Assembly: GCA_951406725.2 (NCBI GenBank)
Contig: OX597828.1
Coordinates: 46,314,001 to 46,378,000 of the forward strand
Source of the DNA: Octopus vulgaris
Lineage: Eukaryota
Length of the DNA stretch: 64,000 bases
Direction of reading: 5' to 3'
Both the position numbers and the translations under genes were made by a program. The notes under the pieces are model-generated. The model was given only the letters and a program-made list of their open reading frames with translations, searched no databases and was not told the origin of the DNA. Numbering within the stretch: position 1 is the stretch's first letter; every line of letters begins with the position of its first letter. This document shows positions 55,489 through 64,000 of the stretch, piece by piece.

Positions 55489-55710
55489 TTGATAAAAATG
55501 GTGAGACAACAAAAGAAAGAAAGAGACCTTGATACTATGTAAATAGAGGAATTCATTTGTAAATGCAATATGTGACAATTATTCGGTAGCCATGATAAAA
55601 TTCCGATGGACAGAAAACTGAAGAGATGGCGGCATGGATTTCCACCTCGGCATCCGAAACTCGGAGTTTTATCATGGCTACCGAATAATTGTCACATATT
55701 ACATTTACAG
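55489..55710. mobile_element. Third PLE-type inverted pseudo-LTR fragment in (TA)n
   Basis: 49 bp inverted repeat (55558-55606 / 55661-55709) around a hammerhead-like motif; TA tracts on both sides. Confidence 0.75.
55613..55673 (+). ncRNA. Type-I hammerhead-like motif (variant)
   Basis: GAAAA-CUGAAGA-[GAUG..CAUC]-C-GAAA-CU-CGG-AG-UU-UUAUC; one extra C before GAAA and one stem I mismatch. Confidence 0.6.
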
Positions 55711-55727
55711 ATATATATATATGCGTG

Positions 55728-55764
<37 letters not shown>

Positions 55765-56166
55765 CACGTGTGTACACTTGTATGCCTCTATGTTCATATC
55801 GCATTTAAAATAAAATGTACTTACTGAGTTATTAAAACACATATCGATTATAATTTCACTTCATAATCAAATACTATGAATAACAATTACATTCTCTTTT
55901 TGCTATATATCTTTTTTTTTCTGAATGATCCTCGTTATTCATTTCTCTTTATCTATTCACTATAGGGATATAAACAGTATGTTGCATAATTGTTAGCTGT
56001 CTGTATTTTCATTTACCCGCTGAGAGAAACGTTGATCTCACCTGGTCTGCGATACGTTATAATAATAGTAACTGCGACATGGGTAAGTGGATTTGTTTCC
56101 TGTATTCGTTAATAATGTACGAGAGCTTCTACGTCTGTCACAACGACTGATATAGGGTTTGACAGT

Positions 56167-56225
<59 letters not shown>

Positions 56226-56235
56226 ATATATAAAA

Positions 56236-56281
<46 letters not shown>

Positions 56282-56293
56282 CAATATATAAAA

Positions 56294-56352
<59 letters not shown>

Positions 56353-56355
<3 letters not shown>

Positions 56356-56620
56356 AGGCGCAATGGCCTAGTGGTTAGGGCAGCGGACTCGCGGTCGTAG
56401 GATCGCGGTTTCGATTCCCAGACCGGGCGTTGTGAGTGTTTATTGAGCGAAAACACCTAAAAGCTCCACGAGGCTCCGGCAGGGGATGGTGGTGATCCCT
56501 GCTGTACTCTTTCTCCCACTCTTTCTTCTGCGGGGTGGCGTCATTCGAAGGCTAAAACAATGCGAACGCATTGTGACCAGCGATGTGTAACTACATCTGA
56601 TGGACTGGTCGGTCACGTGA
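56353..56620 (+). mobile_element. SINE head C plus tail type 2
   Basis: Head nearly identical to 18515-18675, then switches to the tail seen at 3222-3343. Confidence 0.85.
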
Positions 56621-56629
56621 TGATGATGA

Positions 56630-56663
<34 letters not shown>

Positions 56664-57167
56664 AACAAAGAGAAAAGAAAATACGTATTCTCAATAAAAA
56701 GACTTCAGCTAAAGACCTGATGTTGCATTGACAGATGCCTGCTGAGTCTTGTAAGCCGTTCAGTGATTTAGAATATGTTCTGATTTCGATGATTGTCATA
56801 CGGGCAAGTGATTTAATAGACTACATAGCAATGTAACAGGGTGAGAAATTTTGACGTAAAGAATTACACTGGTTGTATCTGTGTGTTCCGTCACTTTTGT
56901 CCTACTAAATCAGAACATAATTCTTTCGTTCATGATTTGCTATTTAGTAACTAATCGTTGGATTTCTACATGGTTATTGCCCCTGACATAGATGAAACGT
57001 CTCTCAATCATACCCTTCAACAACAAAATTGAAGACTCGAGCGGAGAATAAGCAGTCTACGTGTATAGCGACGACATATATGAATTAATTCTCAATCATT
57101 TTTTTACTAAAACAGAATGGAGGACACAGAGAGTAAAGTACTGTAAGATATGGATATTGGGTTGAAA

Positions 57168-57187
57168 TAATGATGATAATGATGATA

Positions 57188-57236
<49 letters not shown>

Positions 57237-57433
57237 CGATGACGTTGACGATGACGATAACGATGTGATGATGATGATGATGACGATGACGTTGACGATG
57301 ACGTTGACGATGACGATAACGATGTGATGATGATGATGACGATAAAGATGACGATGATGATGATGATGATGACGATGACGATGACGATGACGATGATGAT
57401 GATGATGATGATGATGACGACGATGACGATGAC

Positions 57434-57471
<38 letters not shown>

Positions 57472-57472
57472 C

Positions 57473-57533
<61 letters not shown>

Positions 57534-57805
57534 TGATGATGATGATGACGACGATAACGGTGACGATGATGATGATGATGACGATGACGATGACGATGAT
57601 GATGATGATGATGATTATGATGATGATGATGACGATGACGTTGACGATGACGATAACGATGTGATGATGATGATGACGATGATGACGATGAAGATGATGA
57701 TGATGATGATGACGATGACGTTGACGATGACGATGACGATGATGATGATGATGATGATGATGATGATAACGACGATGATGATGATGATGATGATGATGAC
57801 GACGG

Positions 57806-57840
<35 letters not shown>

Positions 57841-57862
57841 GTGATGATGGAGATGGTGATGG

Positions 57863-57893
<31 letters not shown>

Positions 57894-57894
57894 C
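57168..57894. repeat. (GAT)n/(GAC)n tract with higher-order repeats
   Basis: Recurring block GATGACGTTGACGATGACGATAACGATGTGATG. Confidence 0.92.
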
Positions 57895-57929
57895 ATACAA
57901 TCAATTCCACGTAGCTGCAACAGAAGTTG

Positions 57930-58730
57930 CTGGGAAAGTAGGTGAGATTGGCTGATAAAAGAAACACCAATAAAAGAGATCGAGAGCACTTTACTAGTAT
58001 CACAGGGCCAAGCTTTGGTCAGGAACTGGAGGACCATTGTTAAGAATACTTAATGTCTCCGCTGTACCGTATCTGCAATAGAGCGTATGAAACCATTGCC
58101 CACATCATGAACGAATGCCCTATACTTGCCCCAAACCATTCCAAGTTGTGGCGACATGACCAGGTAGCAAAAGTGCTACGTTCGAAGCTGTGCGTAAAGC
58201 GGGGTAGGGGCTAGATTGACGCAAGACGTGGTATGAGAACTAACCGCAGAGTGGAAGTGTCGGAGACTAGCAAAATCCTCTGGGATTTCCCAATCCAAAC
58301 GGAACAGGGCCTAGAGCATAAAAGACCGGACCTATATAGCACCACATATGCTATATAGTTGACGTTGCATGCCAATTTGACACACGAATAGTCAAGAAGG
58401 TAGGCGAAAACATAGATAGATACAAACCTTTTAGCTAGGAAATGGCCCTGCTATGGAAAATGAAGAAGGCGAAGATAGTGCCAATTATTGTTCGGTCCTT
58501 GGGAACAGTATCAGAAGGCATGAAGGTGAATATAAAGAAAATTGGAATAGAGTGCCCAGTAGAAATGTTACAAAAGTTTTGCCTCCTTGGTACAGTCAGA
58601 ATAATGAGGAAATATATTAGTTTAAAAGAACGAATAGCATGATACTACACGCTGCGAGTAGTAAGCCCCGATACGCATGCATGACTCAAGGAGCTTCAAC
58701 AAAATATGTGATGAAGAGAAAATAATAATT
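57930..58730 (+). mobile_element. Decayed R4/Dong-like element: CCHC knuckle plus RLE domain and 3' UTR
   Basis: WL..E..LLVSQGQAL..RIC..ETIAHIMNECPILA..RHDQVA..ILWDFPIQT..HKRPDL..IVDVAC..IVPIIVRSLG..QKFCLLGTVRIMRK; ends at AATAATAAT. Confidence 0.85.
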
Positions 58731-58799
58731 GAAGAGTGAGGGGAATATACATAAAGTAGGGGGGGTTACAGATGATGGATGATAAAAAATAGAAAATAA

Positions 58800-59220
58800 T
58801 AGGCGCAGGAGTGGCTGTGTGGTAAGTAGCTTGCTAACCAACCACATGGTTCCGGGTTCAGTCCCACTGCGTGGCATCTTGGGCAAGTGTCTTCTGCTAT
58901 AGCCCCGGGCCGACCAATGCCTTGTGAGTGGATTTGGTGGACGGAAACTGAAAGAAGCCTGTCGTATATATGTATATATATATATAAATGTATGTATGTG
59001 TGTGTTTGTGTGTCTGTGTTTGTCCCCCTAGCATTGCTTGACAACCGATGCTGGTGTGTTTACGTCCCCGTCACTTAGCGGTTCGGCAAAAGAGACCGAT
59101 AGAATAAGTACTGGGCTTACAAAAGAATAAGTCCCGGGGTCGAGTTGCTTGATTAAAGGCGGTGCTCCAGCATGGCCGCAGTCAAATGACTGAAACAAGT
59201 AAAGAGAGAAAGAGAGAGAA
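58800..59220 (+). mobile_element. SINE family A, full length
   Basis: TAGGCGCAGGAGTGGCTGTGTGG through GAAACAAGTAAAGAG. Confidence 0.92.
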
Positions 59221-59420
59221 ACGGTATACATTAGAAGAGAATAATACATCGTATATGTCACCAGAAGAAGAGAGAATAAATGTGACAGTGATGGGATCTT
59301 CCTTATACAGGAGGGCCTCTAGGAATAATCAAGGAACCCCACAATCCAAGATGACCCTGAATACCAAGGACAACGCCCAGAGTCTCCCGAGCATGTCGCC
59401 GCTCTTTCCCGCCACTGATC

Positions 59421-59474
<54 letters not shown>

Positions 59475-59743
59475 GTTAAGAGGAACATCCACCGATCCTA
59501 TTGCCCGAGGGACAAAGGACAGAGAGCGCAATGGCAAACATGTTCGCAAGCAAAGTGGACATGCATTAAAATATGCAGGTATAGATATACATACGGCCTC
59601 AAACATAAGCATAGGAAGACAACGATACGTGCGGGTTATACATACGTAATAACTAAATAAGTATAAATAAATAAATATATACATATCGATAGAGAGAGAC
59701 AGAGAGAGGAAGACAGAGGGAGACAGACTGACAAATAGAAGTC

Positions 59744-59833
<90 letters not shown>

Positions 59834-59919
59834 CATATATGTATGTATGTATGTATGCATGTATGTATGTATGAATGTATATAAATACACACACAAGCAA
59901 ACATATATGTATGTATGTG

Positions 59920-59956
<37 letters not shown>

Positions 59957-60006
59957 ACAGGTAGTGATACAGAGAAGTGCGTTTATGAAAATGTACACAT
60001 TATATA

Positions 60007-60049
<43 letters not shown>

Positions 60050-60147
60050 GTGTGTGTGTGTGTGTGTGTGCATTCATATAAATATACGTGTGCATTTATA
60101 TTCGTACACACACGTACACTTACACATGCCAGCGCGCACACGCAGGC

Positions 60148-60178
<31 letters not shown>

Positions 60179-60430
60179 AATACTTATTCCGTTTGTCCAA
60201 TACTGACGGTATGTGAATGTGTGTCTAGGCACGGGCGTGTATGCACACGTGTCTATCTCTCTGTGTGTACATCCATGTGTATATTGTTTTTATGCCAGGT
60301 TTGAAAGCAAATGTCAAAATATCTATCAATTAATTTTCTTTCCTTTCACACTTTTTTCGCCCGTCTAGATCCAAAACAATATTCATACTAAGCACACAAA
60401 TATAAGGTGTATATATTTTCACATTATATT

Positions 60431-60518
<88 letters not shown>

Positions 60519-60573
60519 CATATATATATATATAGTTTACATTAAAGTTTATATAATTTACATTATAGTCCAC

Positions 60574-60637
<64 letters not shown>

Positions 60638-61637
60638 AACACACATACACAAATATGTATGTATGTATGCGTGTATGGACTTGTAATCTACATGTGTTTG
60701 TTTTCCTACCTGTCTACCTCTGCGTATTCGTAATACTTAAATAGCAATATTTTTTTTTTTCTTAAATGTGTGATGATGCAACATGGCCTGTATAATAACA
60801 AACTTGTTTATATTCACTGTTTTTCGGTAACTTTAAAACTAATCTATCTGTTCACATGCTAATCATATTGACAGTATGTAAATAAATTTTAGCTTTGGTG
60901 ACAGGCGCTTCACAATTTTACAAGCATCAATGTAATTTGAATGTGTTATCATTATATATAATGCATAAACGGATGAGTAGATGTAACCTGTGCCTGTTTT
61001 GGCTCTTGGTAGAGGGGAAGTTGCTCCTTCCCCCTCTCCTGAAAACGGAAAATAGTGTGCATAACGGAAGAGAAAGTGGATATGAAATGTATGTAGAAGA
61101 ATGAGTGAGAAACTGTGGTAAAGAAAAAGTAGGTAGCAAAGGAAAAGATATTTTGAACCAGACGGAAACTTTTCTAGACGCCATTTTGCATAGACTACGT
61201 TTTGTATCATATCTACGGAGCAGATATTTCAACATATGGCCAAGAGATAGGAGATAAAAGCACAGTATAATATAATCCCTTTATTTATGTTTTTAATTTT
61301 AAGGAATATCATATTTGTAATTTCATAGCAAATTAGACATATATCAAACTTAGATTCATGTAATTCGGAGCAACACCTCTACGGATATGAATATTACGGA
61401 CTTCACAGCTAAAACGAGAAATAAAAGTATATTGCAATAAATAAAAGGATATAGATTTATATGATGTACTTCATTCCATTAAGCGTAAATCTTCAGTAAT
61501 ATTATTCTCTCTTGTTGAACAGGAATGAACAACCAATAAGCTAACAACATACGATATTGTATTTCGAAAGGGAAATAAAATAAATTTGTACTCTTACTTC
61601 GAATAATAGCTAGGAGGATAGCATTTGGCATTTGTGT

Positions 61638-61699
<62 letters not shown>

Positions 61700-61704
<5 letters not shown>

Positions 61705-62100
61705 ACTTTGTGTCTGTGTTTGTCCCCACCAACACCACCAGCGTTTGACAGCTGTTGCAAGTGTGTTTAGGTCCCTGTAACATATCGGTTCGTCAAAAGG
61801 CTTTAAGAAAATAATTCCTAGTGTCGATTTCTTCTACTAACAGGCTTCACGGTCGTGCACCAGCATGGCCGCAGTCAAATGACTGAAACAATTGAAAGAG
61901 TAAAGTGCAAAAGTGTATATATCTGTGTATGTACGTGTGTGTGTCTGTATCTTTGTTTTTCTCCTTCTTCCACCCTTTGATAACTTGTGTTAGTTCGTTT
62001 ACATCCCCATAACTTACAGGCCCGACAAAATAGATCCGATAAAATGAAAAAACCATGCATCAAATATAAGTACCGTATTGATTTCTTTGACTAAAGCCCT
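61700..62100 (+). mobile_element. Two degenerate SINE family A 3' halves
   Basis: TGTGTTTGTCCCC..CAGCATGGCCGCAGTCAAATGACTGAAAC. Confidence 0.6.
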
Positions 62101-62766
62101 ACACTCTCAGAAATTAAACAAATGAAACAAAATAAAATATGAAAGAAAGATATATACCCAAAAACGAACAAGCATATATTTCCAATCAAAGTAGAATGGC
62201 ATTTGTCTTTTGTATCAAACATAACACCTGTATGGCTACAATATTAATATTCAATATTACCCTTTACAATAAAATACTGGGCTGGGATGTCATCTCTGGG
62301 TTGTCATATTACAAGTAATTTTGAAGTCAGTTGTGCACTTCATGTCAAATCACATCATTTAAGCAAGCATAATCTTCGTCGGGTTTTAGACAATATATTT
62401 TCTGTACAGTAAATAATTAAATGGTGCCAGATATACACTCATTAAGCATCAAATCGCCATTGGTGCCTCGAAGACTGAACTGATTATCGCGCGCAATTAT
62501 TATTTTAGTTAATTGATCTGATACGTTGTTACTTGTTTAAAGACACCTCCGCCCCAGCGTAATGTCTATCTATGTAGGATTAATTGAACAAACTTGTTTG
62601 CACTAATTTTCATGCTGAATAGTTTGTGTCCTTGTCGAACGCAGAGCAATTACGATTAATTTAGAAGACTAATATTATCTTTACAACTGTTTCTTTGACT
62701 TTCCATGTTGTATAATTTTCATCACTATGTAATGACCTAAACACACGCACACAATATATATGAGTG

Positions 62767-62836
<70 letters not shown>

Positions 62837-63005
62837 ATGTGTGTGTGTGTGTGTTTGTTTGTATGTGTGCATGTATGTATGTATATCTATATATCTATAT
62901 TTAGTATGCATGTATGTAAATGTGTATATACATATATATATATATATATGTTTGTGTGTTTGTATGTATGTATATGTATATATCTATATATAGTATGTAT
63001 GTATG

Positions 63006-63048
<43 letters not shown>

Positions 63049-63095
63049 CTGTATATAAAGCATACGTACGTAGATGTATGCATTTATGTGTGTAT

Positions 63096-63430
63096 GTGAA
63101 GGCGCGCGGCTTAGTGTTTCGGGCATCGGCTCGTGATCGTTAGGTCGTGAGTTCAATTCCCGGGGACGCATAGTGTCCTTGAGCAAGCCGCTTTATTTCA
63201 CATTATTCCAGTCCATTCAGCTGGCAACAATGAGTAGCACTGTACTTCACAGGGCCAGCCAGCCTTGGCACATTCTGTGTCACACTGAATATCCCTGAGA
63301 ATTACGTTAAGGGTTCACGTGTCTGTGGAGTGCTCAGCCACTTGCACGTTAATTTCACGACCAAGCTGTTCCGTTGATCGCATCAGTTGGAACTCTTGTC
63401 GTCGTTGTCGTCGCAACCGACGGAGTGCTC
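63096..63430 (+). mobile_element. SINE head D plus tail type 1
   Basis: GAAGGCGCGCGGCTTAGTG..GTGTCCTTGAGCAAG..GTCTGTGGAGTGCTCAGCCACTTGCACG..ACCGACGGAGTGC. Confidence 0.85.
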
Positions 63431-63541
63431 CTATGTGTGTATATGAGTATACAGATGTACATTTATATGTACGCGCTTACATATGTGTATGAATTTTAAT
63501 ACATGTTTATGTACATATATGCATGCATACAATATAATACT

Positions 63542-63687
<146 letters not shown>

Positions 63688-63707
63688 CATACATATGTGT
63701 GTGTGTG

Positions 63708-63955
63708 TGGAAGCGCGTGGCTTAGTGCATAGGGTATCAACATCATGATCGTAAGATTGTAGTTTCGATTCATGTACCGGGCGACGCGTTGTGTTCTTGA
63801 GCAAAACACTTCATTTCACGTTGCTCCAGTCCACTCAGCTGGCAAATATGAGTAACGCTGCGATGGACTGGCGTCCCGTTCAGCTGGGGAACACATACGC
63901 CATTGAAACCGGGAAACCGATCCCATGAGCCTGGCTAGGCTTTAAAAGGTCGCAT
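63708..63955 (+). mobile_element. SINE head D plus V-domain-like tail type 3
   Basis: GTTCTTGAGCAAAACACTT..CTGCGATGGACTGGCGTCCCG..GAAACCGGGAAACCG. Confidence 0.8.
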
Positions 63956-64000
63956 AATAATAATAATGTGTATGTGTGTGTGTGCGTTTGTATGTGTGTG

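Noticed and set aside
56223-56350. Small tandem duplication (TCAATATATAAAAC-(TC)n-(TA)n twice; similar cases at 46620-46750 and 50895-51010)
   Set aside because: Ordinary slippage duplication in low-complexity DNA
59280-59425. GC-richer segment, possibly a LINE 3' end
   Set aside because: Single copy here and no diagnostic motif

Overview
AT-rich, repeat-dominated eukaryotic DNA with no convincing intact protein-coding gene. The SINE families and the very dense (TA)n/(TAA)n/(GATA)n tracts look like a coleoid cephalopod (Octopus) intron or gene desert; this is inferred from recognition, not from a database search. Almost all long ORFs in the track are microsatellite translations. The window holds: (i) several Penelope-like element (PLE) remnants beside (TA)n tracts, with GIY-YIG endonuclease fragments and inverted pseudo-LTRs. 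Two families carry intact-core minimal type-I hammerhead ribozymes (35.8-36.0 kb on both strands, and 51.8 kb), a third carries a near-canonical variant (55.6 kb), and several degenerate motifs occur elsewhere; (ii) R4/Dong-like RLE non-LTR retrotransposon fragments, mostly in (TAA)n, plus a non-coding ~560 bp repeat in the same target and polarity; (iii) more than 30 tRNA-derived SINE copies with modular head/tail swapping and tandem multimers; (iv) non-autonomous Helitrons, a hAT-like MITE, and decayed mariner, Chapaev3-like and RTE fragments; (v) several inverted repeats and one weak candidate first coding exon. Boundaries of degenerate repeats are approximate.
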